Assembly: GCA_965209155.1 (NCBI GenBank)
Contig: OZ242383.1
Span: 928,001-992,000, forward strand
Length of the DNA stretch: 64,000 nucleotides
Reading direction: 5' to 3'
From: a bacterium
GTDB taxonomy: Bacteria > SAR324 > NAC60-12
The stretch's first letter is position 1. Each line of letters opens with the position of its first letter. The position numbers and the translations under genes are program-made. The notes beneath the pieces are model-generated. The model did not search any database. It had not been told where the DNA came from and worked only from the letters and a program-made list of their open reading frames with translations. This document shows, piece after piece, positions 1 through 10,341 of the stretch.

Positions 1-755
1 CTTGCTTGCTCTAAGACTTTGGCCGAGGCCGGCAGTTCGTTGAAGGTCGCGCTCTCTGTCAGGTCGGAGGCCAGAATACCGCTGTTGTACGGGGCGCCGA
101 TGATGACGCTTATTTTATTCTCTTGGCAGAGAGGAAGGAATTCGGAAAGCGCCGAATGGACAAGAAGGGTATATTGTCCCGGCAGTAGGAAGCAATCGAA
201 GTCCCCCTCCCGAGCGAAACGGGCCAACATTTCCCATTGGGACATGCCGACGCCGATGGCTGAAATCACACGTTGGGAACGCAACTCTGAAAGGGCCTTG
301 TAGGCCCCGTTAATCGCCTGGTCGAAATGGTTGTCCGGGTCGTGGATCAAAAGGATGTCGACGTAGTCTAGTTTCAGCCGCTTCAGGCTTCCCTCGATAA
401 CCCGCATGGTGGTGTCGTAATCGTATATCCAAGGCATCTCGTTCTCCCTGTTCGGTCCAATGACCGCTCCCACCGGAGCAGGCGGCTTTGGTTCCAGTAC
501 CTTGCCTATTTTGGTGGAAATCGTGAAACTGGACCGTGGGATTTCAGAGAGAACCTTGCCGAGGCGTTGCTCGCTAACACCTCCGCCATATCCTGGTGCC
601 GTGTCAAAGTAGCTGACACCCAGTTCGATGCATTTGCTGAGAGTTGCGGCGGCCTCTTCGTCGGTAACAAATCGGCCCAACGGTCCACAGCCGGTCCCCA
701 GCCGTGATACTTTGAGCCCTGTACTTCCAATCTCGACCAATTCCAGTGGGTCCAT
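1..755 (-). CDS. Aldo/keto reductase, runs off the left window edge
   Basis: Manual translation from ATG at 755: MDPLELVEIGSTGLKVSRLGTGCGPLG...GVSYFDTAPGYGGGVSEQRLG...SLKRLKLDYVDILLIHDPD, typical AKR motifs; not in the ORF track because its stop is outside the window. Confidence 0.85.
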   Translation of the reverse strand, partial: MDPLELVEIGSTGLKVSRLGTGCGPLGRFVTDEEAAATLSKCIELGVSYFDTAPGYGGGVSEQRLGKVLSEIPRSSFTISTKIGKVLEPKPPAPVGAVIGPNRENEMPWIYDYDTTMRVIEGSLKRLKLDYVDILLIHDPDNHFDQAINGAYKALSELRSQRVISAIGVGMSQWEMLARFAREGDFDCFLLPGQYTLLVHSALSEFLPLCQENKISVIIGAPYNSGILASDLTESATFNELPASAKVLEQA

Positions 756-865
756 CACTTTTTCCTTAACTTAAGTCGCTAGCAATTTCTGAAAGTGCTG
801 AGGTGTTTAGATCAAATCTCATCTGCTCACTCTATAAAGCGGTTCATTGGATCAATAGGGCCATT

Positions 866-1942
866 TTACGGATGTTCTCCGGAGGGAAGGACATCGGCCA
901 ATTGGTCACGGACCCCGTATTGGTCGAAGAGGACTTCTACCTGAGCCCAAGTGGTGGGATCCACCGGGATGCCTTGGGCCAATCGCTCTTGGCGCGTCTT
1001 GGCGGATCTTTCCCCCGGAAAGAAAACACCGCTCGATCCTTCCATCGGGGGGGTGTCTTGAACGTATCTCATCATCTGTTGGACTTCGGCCCGGATGGTT
1101 TCCAGGGGCGCCATGCGGCCCAGGTCGATGGCGAGTATCGTGGATCCTCCCCAAAAATCAATCTTTCCTGGAGGCAAAGCGATCTGGCCAAGAAGTCCTC
1201 CGAAAAGAGCGATCATGACCGAGAGCGCATATCCCTTGTGGCCCCCTTGCATCCCGCCGACGGGTAGGTGCGCACCTCCATCGAAGAAATCGTTCGGGTT
1301 CCGACTGGGGACCCCATGCTTATCAATGATCCAAGTATCTGGAAGCACCTGTTCCTGGTTACGGTATAACCGTAGCGTCCCATCAGCCGTCATGGAGCTG
1401 GAAAAATCAAGCAGGATAGGGGTGCCTTCGGCATGAGGAAATGCCATCGCTAAAGGGTTCGTCGCCAGTCGGGCCTCGCGTCCTCCAAAGGGAGCCACGG
1501 TAGCGACCGGTCTTCCCGCCCAGCCCGTGAAAAAGATAGCAGCCATGCCAGTCGCTGCTGCCATTGCGGGGTAGGTTCCGATTCGACCCGTATTGGTATG
1601 ATTTCCCATCGTCACCAAGCTGATTCCATGATCACGAGCCTGCTCGATCGCCATTTCGGTCGCTCGTGTGGCAACCACCTGTCCGAAGGTAGAATGGCCA
1701 TCGATCTGGAGGATCGCCCCATGGTTTCCAACGACTTCCGGCTCTGCCTTTGGGTCGACCACGCCTTCCTCAATTTCTTTCAGGTACTGGGGGATGCGAA
1801 GGAACCCATGGGAATCGTATCCCGCAAGATTGGCCTGGGCCAGGTGGTCCGCCACGATACCAGCGTGGCCGGCCGAGGCTCCTCCAGCCTGCAACATCAC
1901 ATCGGTTATCCGGACAATCTGATTTTTCGTTAATATTGGCAT
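866..1942 (-). CDS. Ldh_2 family (malate/lactate/ureidoglycolate-type) oxidoreductase, intact, cassette copy A
   Basis: ANLAGYDSHG, TNPLA, GGHKGYAL and C-terminal PGE motifs of the Ldh_2/YbiC family. Confidence 0.9.
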   Translation of the reverse strand: MPILTKNQIVRITDVMLQAGGASAGHAGIVADHLAQANLAGYDSHGFLRIPQYLKEIEEGVVDPKAEPEVVGNHGAILQIDGHSTFGQVVATRATEMAIEQARDHGISLVTMGNHTNTGRIGTYPAMAAATGMAAIFFTGWAGRPVATVAPFGGREARLATNPLAMAFPHAEGTPILLDFSSSMTADGTLRLYRNQEQVLPDTWIIDKHGVPSRNPNDFFDGGAHLPVGGMQGGHKGYALSVMIALFGGLLGQIALPPGKIDFWGGSTILAIDLGRMAPLETIRAEVQQMMRYVQDTPPMEGSSGVFFPGERSAKTRQERLAQGIPVDPTTWAQVEVLFDQYGVRDQLADVLPSGEHP

Positions 1943-1963
1943 GAATAGCTCCTGAGAATTCAG

Positions 1964-2011
1964 TTAAATGGTTCCCCCACTGAAAAAAGCGACCTTGTCT
2001 TTCAGCTTCAC
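1964..2011 (-). pseudogene. N-terminal stub of a deleted SDR gene
   Basis: GTG AAG CTG AAA GAC AAG GTC GCT TTT TTC AGT GGG GGA (MKLKDKVAFFSGG) matches the starts of the SDRs at 23096 and 33642, then stops. Confidence 0.85.
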
Positions 2012-2023
2012 GGTTTCCCTTTT

Positions 2024-2704
2024 TTATTGATAATTGATGGTAGTTTGTCTCCCCGCTAACCACTGGATGCCCCGCCCCACTACCGTTCGAAAACCGGGGT
2101 TTGAGTAGGCCTGGTTATCCTCCCCGTTTTGATAGCAGAAAACCCTCGCCTTACCGAAGGTCCGCGTCCACGCGATCGTCTTCATACTCTGGGGATGATC
2201 GGTGGTGAGCAGGATGTGGCTATCCTCGTCCGCGTCATCTATGTGATAGGTCTCGTCGACGATGTCCCACGGCTCCAGTGTGGTCGTGATGGGGTGTTCG
2301 GTGTCCGCGACGTCAATGCGCACGGTCTGGTCAAGGGCGTACGATCCCATATCCCCTCGCGTACGCATTCCGCTAAACTCTCTCCAGAGGGGCCAGTCTG
2401 CAAAGGCCTTCAGCGCGTGATGCAGCAGAAATATCCCCTGTTCCCCATCGCCAAGGCTCTCCAGCGTTTCCTTCATGGCGGCCTCGAATTTGCCATCTTC
2501 TTCAGCGGGCGTGCTTTGGTGATAGTTGAAGAACACGAGTACGTCGTAGGTCCCTGGACCGCGTGCTGAGTCGAAAATGAAGTCCCACATGTTCTGAGGG
2601 TAGGCCTCGATTTCGGGAAGGGAGCGAAGCATGGACTGGAAGCCGACCACGTCATACTCGTGCTCGCCGGTAATCACTGCTGTTTTTATCTTTCCATTCG
2701 TCAT
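2024..2704 (-). CDS. ThuA-like (class I glutamine amidotransferase-like fold) protein, copy A
   Basis: Likely start MTNGKIK after GGAG; HPIT, DETY and AWTRTFGKARVF motifs of ThuA domains; paralogues at 27078 and 33655. Confidence 0.8.
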   Translation of the reverse strand: MTNGKIKTAVITGEHEYDVVGFQSMLRSLPEIEAYPQNMWDFIFDSARGPGTYDVLVFFNYHQSTPAEEDGKFEAAMKETLESLGDGEQGIFLLHHALKAFADWPLWREFSGMRTRGDMGSYALDQTVRIDVADTEHPITTTLEPWDIVDETYHIDDADEDSHILLTTDHPQSMKTIAWTRTFGKARVFCYQNGEDNQAYSNPGFRTVVGRGIQWLAGRQTTINYQ

Positions 2705-2735
2705 TTTTCTGTCTCCTGTAAATGATGAAGTGCAT

Positions 2736-2837
2736 CCCCCCTTTTTTTCAAAGGGGCGCAGGGGGGATTTTAAGGGTCGATCCAACCAAAAAATCCCGCT
2801 TCCGCGGACGGCCCTAACCCCCTTTTTCTAAGGGGGG
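2736..2837. repeat. REP-like palindromic pair (CCCCCC-TTT..-AAGGGG family)
   Basis: Two C-run/T-run/AAGGGG hairpins with GGGATTT/AAATCCC inner arms, in the BNR-ThuA spacer. Confidence 0.6.
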
Positions 2838-2908
2838 AATCTGGGAGTGCCCCTCTCCGATAATACAAGGTTAAGTCAAATAATGGAGCGGGTTTGCAAT
2901 CCATCCCT

Positions 2909-3907
2909 TTAGTTGGGCAGCAAGGCCACGGAACGGACCTCGCCAAACTCCTTTTGCAGCTTTTGCCACGAATCACCCCCGTCTTCGCTTACGTACACAT
3001 AGCCGAGGAGGCTGACCGCGACGATTACGTTGGGCCGCTCCTTGTGAGAGCTTATCCAATAGATAAGGGAGTTGGGCGCTACCGGCAGGGACACCCGTTC
3101 CCAACTTTTGCCACCATCCCGGGTGCGCTGCACGGCACCGGTGAAACCGGGAATAGTGTCGCCGTTGCCGACGAACATGACATCGGGGTCATCGGTCTTG
3201 ATTAAGATACCCCGGCAGTAGGACCCGGACTGTGCTTCATGGAACTTGGGGAACTCGTGGTAATCCCAGCTTTCGCCTTCGTCGTGGCTGGTGGCGAGCC
3301 CAAAGGGCGAGGTACAGTAGACTGTGGCACTGGCGCCAGTTTTCAGAGCCACATCGTGAATGTCGCCGTGGAAGGGATTAGGACCCAGGTCGGGCAGGTG
3401 GACCCAGGTGTCGCCACCATCCAGACTTTTGTAAACCCCGTCAACCTCCATGCTAGCCCAGATGGTGCGGTTGTCCCTGGGATCTACGACCATGCGGGTG
3501 GTCCGCGGCGCCCCGATGGGGCAATTCATGTTTACGCCCATATGAAGCTTGCTCCAAGACCTCCCCCCATCCTTGGAGCGGAATCCCTCGGGCCGCGTGC
3601 CCACGAATAGGGTGTCCGGGTCCGTGGGGTCCACAGCCACCGACCAGACCTCGAGGTCCGATGTGGGGGCATCCAGGTTTTCCCAGGTCACGCCACCGTC
3701 TTCACTACGGAAAACGCCCCCGTCGGAACCGGCCAATACCCGCCGGGGGTTGTCCGGATACACGCACAACGCCCTGACGTTGCCTTCATCCGGTATTGTT
3801 TTTCTGGGGTCCAGGCGACCAACATGGGTCCAGGATTCACCGCCGTCTGAACTCACGTTCAGGTCTTGGCCGACGGTGCCGATGAGAAGTGTGTAATCTT
3901 TTGCCAT
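2909..3907 (-). CDS. BNR/Asp-box beta-propeller protein (WD40/YVTN/BNR-like), copy A
   Basis: Repeated SxDGGxTW Asp-boxes; start MAKDYT after AGGAG; no signal peptide visible. Confidence 0.85.
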   Translation of the reverse strand: MAKDYTLLIGTVGQDLNVSSDGGESWTHVGRLDPRKTIPDEGNVRALCVYPDNPRRVLAGSDGGVFRSEDGGVTWENLDAPTSDLEVWSVAVDPTDPDTLFVGTRPEGFRSKDGGRSWSKLHMGVNMNCPIGAPRTTRMVVDPRDNRTIWASMEVDGVYKSLDGGDTWVHLPDLGPNPFHGDIHDVALKTGASATVYCTSPFGLATSHDEGESWDYHEFPKFHEAQSGSYCRGILIKTDDPDVMFVGNGDTIPGFTGAVQRTRDGGKSWERVSLPVAPNSLIYWISSHKERPNVIVAVSLLGYVYVSEDGGDSWQKLQKEFGEVRSVALLPN

Positions 3908-4053
3908 ATCACGTCTCCTTATTCGAGTTGTTAAAATAATGTTATTTACGGTCAGAAAATTATATAAATCGGGTGTCATCTCGACGGGGTGGCCTAGACG
4001 CCAAGAGAGATCTTAAGACCCCTCTCCTCCCCAAAGAGTCTCTTTGACAGATG

Positions 4054-5049
4054 TCATATGTCCCTCTTTAGTTCCCTGTACAAGTAGCACGAAGCCTGGT
4101 GATCATCGCCCACTGGGTACAGGGGTGGAGGACGCACGTGACAGATCCGCATGGCGTGGGGACAACGACGGTAGAACTTGCATCCCACCCGATCGCCCTT
4201 TCCCATCTCCTCTTCAACGGAGACCTCTACCTCCTCTTGCCATTTGGCGGAGGGGTCGGGAGTGGGGATGGAGCCGATCAGGAGCTGAGTGTAGGGGTGC
4301 TGAGGGTCATTGATGACTCCGGTGGCATCCCCGGTCTCCGCGACGGACCCCTGGTACAGGATGAAGATCCGGTCGCTGATCTGATACGCGGTGGAGAGGT
4401 CGTGGGTGATAAAGAGGAAGCTAATGCCGAAATCCTCCTTCAGCTTGAGCATGATCTCGAGGATCTGGGCTCTCAGCGAGGCATCGATCATGGAGACCGG
4501 TTCGTCGGCGACAATGAGGCGCGGTTTCAACAGGAAGGCGCGGGCCACGATGATCCGCTGTCTCTGTCCACCCGAGAGTTGATGAGGGTATTTCCTCAAG
4601 ATCTCCTCCGGTCTTAAGCCCACGACCTCCAGCGCCTCCTCGATCATCCTTCTCGACTCCGCCCTGCTGTGGGCCAGCTTAAATCCGGAGACGGCCATAT
4701 TGAACACGTGATCAGCGCGATAGAAGGGGTTAAAGACGGCGTATGGGTCTTGGAAAACGGCCTGGCACTCGCGGCGGTAAGCCATCCGTTCTTTCTTTGA
4801 CATCTTATGAAGGTTACGACCTCGCCAAAAGATTTCACCTGAGCTGGGTCGGATGAAATCGAGAATGAGGCGGGCCAGGGTCGTCTTGCCGCTGCCTGAC
4901 TCTCCGGCGATCGCCGTGATCATCGGTTTCTCGTCGAAGAGAGTCAGGGAGAAGTCTTCCAGGGCGGCCGGAGAGCTACCGAAGACCTTGGTCAGATTTT
5001 TTACTTCGAGAACAGCGTTGTCCCTCTTACTTTCTGTTCGCCTCCTCAT
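4054..5049 (-). CDS. oppF: Oligopeptide/dipeptide ABC ATPase (OppF/DppF-like)
   Basis: [24 protein letters not shown] and C-terminal Cys motif. Confidence 0.9.
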   Translation of the reverse strand: MRRRTESKRDNAVLEVKNLTKVFGSSPAALEDFSLTLFDEKPMITAIAGESGSGKTTLARLILDFIRPSSGEIFWRGRNLHKMSKKERMAYRRECQAVFQDPYAVFNPFYRADHVFNMAVSGFKLAHSRAESRRMIEEALEVVGLRPEEILRKYPHQLSGGQRQRIIVARAFLLKPRLIVADEPVSMIDASLRAQILEIMLKLKEDFGISFLFITHDLSTAYQISDRIFILYQGSVAETGDATGVINDPQHPYTQLLIGSIPTPDPSAKWQEEVEVSVEEEMGKGDRVGCKFYRRCPHAMRICHVRPPPLYPVGDDHQASCYLYRELKRDI

Positions 5050-6038
5050 TCTCCCCCCTCTCCTGCTGTCTCAACATCGCCATGGTAGAGATGGCATGCG
5101 ACGAATCTTCCAGGTTTGACCTCCCGGAACTCCGGTACCTGCTCCCGGCATTCCTCCATGGCCTCGGGGCATCTCGGGTGGAAGCTACAGCCGGGAGGGG
5201 GAAAGAGCAGGGTGGGGGGGAGTCCGGGGATCCCCAGCAGTTTTTTCTTCTCCTTGACCGAGGGCACCGAGGCGATGAGCAGTTGGGTGTAGGGATGGAG
5301 GGGGTCGTTATAGATATCCTCCACAGCGCTGACCTCGGCCACCTTACCGGCATACATGACGGCGAGCCGATCGACCAACTGGGCCAGGTAGCCCATGTCG
5401 TGTCCGATAATCATGAGCGATGCCACCAAACGTTCCTGGACCTTGACGAGGGTTTGGGTAACGACGCGCTGCATCACCACATCGAGGGCGCCTGTCGGCT
5501 CGTCGGCGATGATGACCTGGGGCTCGAGGACGATGGCCATGGCGATGCAGACCCGCTGCTTCATCCCTCCTGAGAGCTCATGGGGGTACATACGGTAGAC
5601 CCGGCTCGGCAGGCCGACCAGGCCCAGGAGCTCTGTGATTCGCTCCTTCATATCCCCCCGTTCCCGGGAGGCGGTATGAGCCTTGATCGCGTCGGCGACC
5701 TGGCTCCCCACCCTCACCACCGGATTGAGCGAATTCATAGAACCCTGGGGGACGAAGGAGATGCGGCTCCAGCGCACAGATCTCAGCTCCTCATCGTTTA
5801 AGTCGAGAACCTCCGTGCCGTCCAGGCCTATCCTCCCTCCCTCGATGGCAGCAGGCGGTTTGATGAGCCGGAGGAGGGACATGGCCAGGGTCGATTTGCC
5901 GCACCCCGACTCGCCGACAATCCCGAAGCGCTCTCCTTTCTTAACGCTGAGGCTGACTCCGTCCACCGCCTTGATCGGCCCGCGCTCGGTCCAGTAGTAG
6001 ACTTTGAGGTCCTCGATTTCGAGTGCCGATCCGCTCAT
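5046..6038 (-). CDS. oppD: Oligopeptide/dipeptide ABC ATPase (OppD/DppD-like)
   Basis: [34 protein letters not shown]. Confidence 0.9.
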   Translation of the reverse strand: MSGSALEIEDLKVYYWTERGPIKAVDGVSLSVKKGERFGIVGESGCGKSTLAMSLLRLIKPPAAIEGGRIGLDGTEVLDLNDEELRSVRWSRISFVPQGSMNSLNPVVRVGSQVADAIKAHTASRERGDMKERITELLGLVGLPSRVYRMYPHELSGGMKQRVCIAMAIVLEPQVIIADEPTGALDVVMQRVVTQTLVKVQERLVASLMIIGHDMGYLAQLVDRLAVMYAGKVAEVSAVEDIYNDPLHPYTQLLIASVPSVKEKKKLLGIPGLPPTLLFPPPGCSFHPRCPEAMEECREQVPEFREVKPGRFVACHLYHGDVETAGEGGE

Positions 6039-6931
6039 GCCGTCACTCCTCGCCTTAACCTGGGATTGAAGACCTCGTCCAGGCCTATGTTAACCAGCTG
6101 GAGACCGATGAATATCAACACGATGACGAAAATGGGCGGAAAGACCCACCACAGGACACCACGGATCAAGGCCGCACGCTCCATGGCCCAGTAGACCATG
6201 GTACCCAGGGTTATTGTATTCTGAGGCCCCAGGCCTAAAAGCTCCAGGAATACCTCAGCCAGGATAGCCGCTGAAATGGCGTTGGCCAAAGTCGTGCTGA
6301 CATAGGGAAGCATATTGGGTAGCACCTCTTTAAACACGATTTTCATATCGCTGAGACCGGAGAGTCTGGCCATATTTATGTATTCCCGCTTCCTGGAACT
6401 GAGAACCTGCGCCCGAAAGGTTCTGGCAGGAAATGGCCAGGCGAATATCGCTAAAATTAACACCATATACGGTACCGTCATATACCTCACGAAAGATGAC
6501 AGGACGACGAGTAAGGGGATGGTTGGGATGACCAGAAAGACATCAGTAACGCTCCTTAAGAGATCATCGACCCAACCCCCTTTGTAGCCGCTTATGATGC
6601 CCACGGTTATGCCCACCAGGAGGCCGGCTAACCCGGTAAAAATCCCGATGATGAGCGATTGCCTTAAGCCATGGATTAATTGATCGAAAACATCCCTGCC
6701 GAGGGTATCGGTGCCTAAGAGGTGCTCAAGAGAGGGGGGGCGATCTAAGGGGTGCAATCCTACGGCTGATGCGTCGTACGGGGCGATAACGGGGGCCAGC
6801 GCGGCAATCAGTAGAAGACAAAATATGATTGTAAATCCGGCAGAAAGCCTTGCGTTTCTTCGAAAGACGAAGTTCAAGGTTCCTTTAAAAGCATCGAAAA
6901 CATCCCCTCCGGAGACCGCGACATTCAACAT
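6035..6931 (-). CDS. oppC: Opp/Dpp ABC permease (OppC-like)
   Basis: LGTDTLGRD, EAA-like loop, hydrophobic helices, FNPRLR end. Confidence 0.9.
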   Translation of the reverse strand: MLNVAVSGGDVFDAFKGTLNFVFRRNARLSAGFTIIFCLLLIAALAPVIAPYDASAVGLHPLDRPPSLEHLLGTDTLGRDVFDQLIHGLRQSLIIGIFTGLAGLLVGITVGIISGYKGGWVDDLLRSVTDVFLVIPTIPLLVVLSSFVRYMTVPYMVLILAIFAWPFPARTFRAQVLSSRKREYINMARLSGLSDMKIVFKEVLPNMLPYVSTTLANAISAAILAEVFLELLGLGPQNTITLGTMVYWAMERAALIRGVLWWVFPPIFVIVLIFIGLQLVNIGLDEVFNPRLRRGVTA

Positions 6932-7947
6932 TAATCCTCTCCATGAGTGATGCGAGGATCTATCAGCGGATACAACATCTCTAATATGAGATTTGCGCTA
7001 AGGACTGCCATAACCGTCAGTAACAAGATTCCCTGCATAAGGTTGTAGTCAACGTTGCCTATTGCTAGTAAAAGTAAAGCGCCTATGCCGGGATAATTGA
7101 AGATGGTTTCCAATAGGATGGAGCCGTTCAAAACAAACCCCAACGCCATCCCCAATGCCGCCGCCTGGGGGAGGAGGGCGTTCCTGAAGGCGTACTTACT
7201 CAGAATAACGGACCTTTTCAGGCCTTTGGCTTCAGCCAGTAATGTGTAGTCTTCTCCCAGGGTGGTTATGATCAAAGATCTCATGGTAATAATCCAATAT
7301 CCGATGAAGCTGATTATTATAGAAAGGGCAGGCAAGGTGGCATGGTAAACGATATCCACTACCAGTCTTAAACCCTCATGCTGGGTCCCGATTACACTGA
7401 ACGCTCCTGTTGTTGGGAAAATGGGTAAAGTGTAGGCTAGAGAGAAGATGAGGATCAGGGCTATGAAGTAATAGGGAACCTGGTTGAGGCACAGGCTTAA
7501 ATATAAGATCGCTGAGTTGGTTTTAGATTCCCTCCTCCAGCCAACGAGTGCTCCAAGCAGGTTGCCAAGAACCCAACTGATAACGGTAGCGACAGCAAGG
7601 AGTCCTATCGTCCAGGGGATGGCCGTTATTAAGAGCTCTTGCACAGTCGTGGGGAAGGACATGATCGAAGGCCCCAGGTCACCTTGGAACAAATTTAGAA
7701 TATAGCTTTTATATTGAGTCAGCCAGCTTCCATCCAAACCGAACTGCTTTCTATACGCTTCTACTAGTTCTGGTCCATCCGCTGTCATGGCACCTGTTAT
7801 AGACATTTTACTCAACATGACTGTAATAGGATCTCCAGGGATTAGACGGGGAATAAAGAAATTAGCAGTAATTGCGACAAAAACCGTTATCATATACGGT
7901 ATCAACCTCCTCCCGATATATCTCATATATCTCATAAAAGCAGGCAT
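6931..7947 (-). CDS. oppB: Opp/Dpp ABC permease (OppB-like)
   Basis: PGDP, GDLG, AEAKGL, FNYPGIG, DPRI. Confidence 0.9.
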   Translation of the reverse strand: MPAFMRYMRYIGRRLIPYMITVFVAITANFFIPRLIPGDPITVMLSKMSITGAMTADGPELVEAYRKQFGLDGSWLTQYKSYILNLFQGDLGPSIMSFPTTVQELLITAIPWTIGLLAVATVISWVLGNLLGALVGWRRESKTNSAILYLSLCLNQVPYYFIALILIFSLAYTLPIFPTTGAFSVIGTQHEGLRLVVDIVYHATLPALSIIISFIGYWIITMRSLIITTLGEDYTLLAEAKGLKRSVILSKYAFRNALLPQAAALGMALGFVLNGSILLETIFNYPGIGALLLLAIGNVDYNLMQGILLLTVMAVLSANLILEMLYPLIDPRITHGED

Positions 7948-7987
7948 AACAGCTCTCTCTTAAGATTGACGTTGGACTCCGTCTGTA

Positions 7988-8028
7988 ATTCCCTCTCCCC
8001 TGAATGCCTTGGCAAGGAGAGAGGGAAT
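7988..8028. repeat. Hairpin element after oppA; second copy at ~23808-23866
   Basis: ATTCCCTCTCCCC..AATGCCTTGGCAAGGAGAGAGGGAAT followed by GTGGGCTTTCTACT at both sites. Confidence 0.7.
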
Positions 8029-8047
8029 CGGGAGGTGGGCTTTCTAC

Positions 8048-9787
8048 TTACTTCCCTGAAGGTTCAAGGTTTAGCAGGAGGTGGAGGAAGCCAGGTTCCC
8101 AGTGGAACGGCGTACTGGTGGGGTTCTCTTCACTCGGGTAACCTTTCCAGTAACGGGTATCATAGGTTTGGGCCATACTTCGATAACCAATGACAGGTAT
8201 CACCGGCAAATCCTGCATCCAGGTCTTCATAGCATTTTTGAGTATAGACATTGCCGCAGGACTATCGGGACTTAAAGCGGTTAGCTGTTCTATAAGCCTG
8301 TCGAACTCAGGGTTTGAGTAGCGAGCTGCATTATGGTTGTAGTTTCCTCCCTGGCCTGCAGGTTCTCCTTTAGGGACTACAAATTTACTATGGTATGAAT
8401 ATAATATATCATAAGGGTCTACAGCTGCTATACCCTGCTGACCACAAATCCATACTGCCGCCAGGTCATACTCGCCACGATTCCACTGGTCTTGAAAGGG
8501 TGGATATTCCAAAACCTTATACGCTGCATCTATGCCTATTGCCTTTAGATCATCGCTTATACTCTGAGCCAAATTATTGAAACCGGGCACACTACTAGTT
8601 AAAACAACCCAGGATAAGCGGGTTCCATCCGCTGTTACCCAGATACCGTCGCTCCCTTTTTTATATCCTCGCTCCTTAAATATCGATTCCGACATCGCCG
8701 GGTCATATTTCGTGATATCGTACTTCTCTAAAATGTCCTTATACTCTTCCTCCCAGTCTGTCTTTCCTTGGTTGGGAAATGGCATTGTAGGAATATAATT
8801 TGCTCCTTCATCAGTTACGATATTCGCTTTATTTCTGTTAATAGCATAGGAAATGGCCCATCTGACCTCAGGGGAATCCAATGGAGGATTAAGATGATTA
8901 ACATATACACCCTTTACGCACCCGGCGGAAACAAACCAGGGTACCACATGCTTATTCTTCGCCATTACCGTCTCGACCTGGGACTTTGTGAACTCAGACC
9001 AGACATCCATCCTATGATTTATCTGCTCTATCATCATTATCTCGGCAGCTTCTGTTCCTGTGACGTTTATGAACTTTGCACCTACGGATTTCCCCAGCAC
9101 GTCAATTGCCCAGTAATTATCATTACGCTCCCAGATCGTATTTTCAGCCGTGGCACTAACGAGTCTGTAGGGACCGGTCCACACCGGGTTGGGAAAGTTT
9201 TTAAAGGTAGTCGGGTCAATTTCAGACCAAAGATGCTCTGGGACCGGGGGAGGGGTATTCGTTCCGATTATGGTCTGGTAGTGCAACCTTGGGTTTGGTC
9301 CTTTAAGCTTAATGAAAACGGTGTAATCGTCTACCTTCCTGACCTCTTTGTACCACTCCTTTATTGTTGTTGACCATCTCAATTTGGGTGCATGCTCTTT
9401 AATCATGTTGTAGGTGAAGACAACGTCGTCGGCATTAAAAGTCTCTCCGTCGCTCCATTTAACACCTTTCCTTAATTTAAGGGTTATGGTGTCATGGTTC
9501 GGACCGTACTCAAAACCCGTTGCAAGCCACGGCACAACCTCTCCTGTGACCCAGTTCAGGTACATAAGGCGTTCAGCATTCCAATCGTTCCCCGTCCTTT
9601 CCTGGTGGGTTGGAAGGTAGTTGTTCATTACCTCGTAGTTTGTAATCTTGTGTAACATCCTGACGATTAACGTTTCTTCTCTGGGTATCTCCTGTGCTAC
9701 TACCGGCATCGCCAGGAGGATTCCGGCCATCAGCACTATCGCCGAAAACACCATAGCTAACCTTTTTTTCATTTTTATCTTTTTCAT
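8048..9787 (-). CDS. oppA: Family 5 ABC substrate-binding protein (OppA-like), cluster 1
   Basis: LRKGVKWSDG..ADDVVFT, TGPY, VRWAISYAINR; signal peptide after MKKIKMKK; start uncertain because the RBS/ATG region is tandemly repeated. Confidence 0.9.
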   Translation of the reverse strand: MKKIKMKKRLAMVFSAIVLMAGILLAMPVVAQEIPREETLIVRMLHKITNYEVMNNYLPTHQERTGNDWNAERLMYLNWVTGEVVPWLATGFEYGPNHDTITLKLRKGVKWSDGETFNADDVVFTYNMIKEHAPKLRWSTTIKEWYKEVRKVDDYTVFIKLKGPNPRLHYQTIIGTNTPPPVPEHLWSEIDPTTFKNFPNPVWTGPYRLVSATAENTIWERNDNYWAIDVLGKSVGAKFINVTGTEAAEIMMIEQINHRMDVWSEFTKSQVETVMAKNKHVVPWFVSAGCVKGVYVNHLNPPLDSPEVRWAISYAINRNKANIVTDEGANYIPTMPFPNQGKTDWEEEYKDILEKYDITKYDPAMSESIFKERGYKKGSDGIWVTADGTRLSWVVLTSSVPGFNNLAQSISDDLKAIGIDAAYKVLEYPPFQDQWNRGEYDLAAVWICGQQGIAAVDPYDILYSYHSKFVVPKGEPAGQGGNYNHNAARYSNPEFDRLIEQLTALSPDSPAAMSILKNAMKTWMQDLPVIPVIGYRSMAQTYDTRYWKGYPSEENPTSTPFHWEPGFLHLLLNLEPSGK

Positions 9788-9907
9788 AATAATTTCTCCA
9801 AATAATGATTTCATAATTATCTCCCAATTTATCTTTTTCATAATAATTTCTCCAAATAATGATTTCATAATAATTTCTCCAAATAATGATTTATAATTAT
9901 CTCCCAA
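9775..9907 (-). repeat. Tandem repeats of the oppA RBS-start unit (~27 bp)
   Basis: CATTATTTGGAGAAATTATTATGAAA x3 plus TTGGGAGATAATTAT(G/A) variants; translates as repeated SLFGEIIMK. Confidence 0.9.
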
Positions 9908-9967
9908 ATCTAGTTCTGCCCAGTGAAAATAAGTTTACAGTTAATCACATTCGATAATTTATGCAGT

Positions 9968-10074
9968 TGTCATTCCTGTGCTTGACCAGGAATCCGGGGG
10001 GTTTTCTGTGAATCCTGGATACCGGATCATCCTGGTCCCGGATCAAGTCCGGAATGATCCGGGACCGGCATGAC
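9968..10074. repeat. Nested REP-like palindromic element (GTCATTCC...GGAATGAC family)
   Basis: Self-complementary ends TGTCAT/ATGACA; related copies at ~34392-34531, 51282-51381, 52512-52640 and ~57140-57170. Confidence 0.7.
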
Positions 10075-10341
10075 ACTGTGGCTGTAAACGCGCTTTTGCC
10101 CTACGGCACTAGTTTTTTGGGGTTGAAGGAATAAACATTCTTTCTCTGCTAACGTGATTTCCCCATAGGCTTCTCCTGATACGATCAATTAGACTTTGAA
10201 CCACGCCATTAGCATGATCCAGAAAACCAGGGGACACGTAACAAGTACATCTCCCCAGTTTTTCTCCCATCCGCTGCTTCGGAAGGGGATGGATGGACAA
10301 ACAGCTCAGGGATACAGCATCCCAAAAACTCTCTTTCTAGC

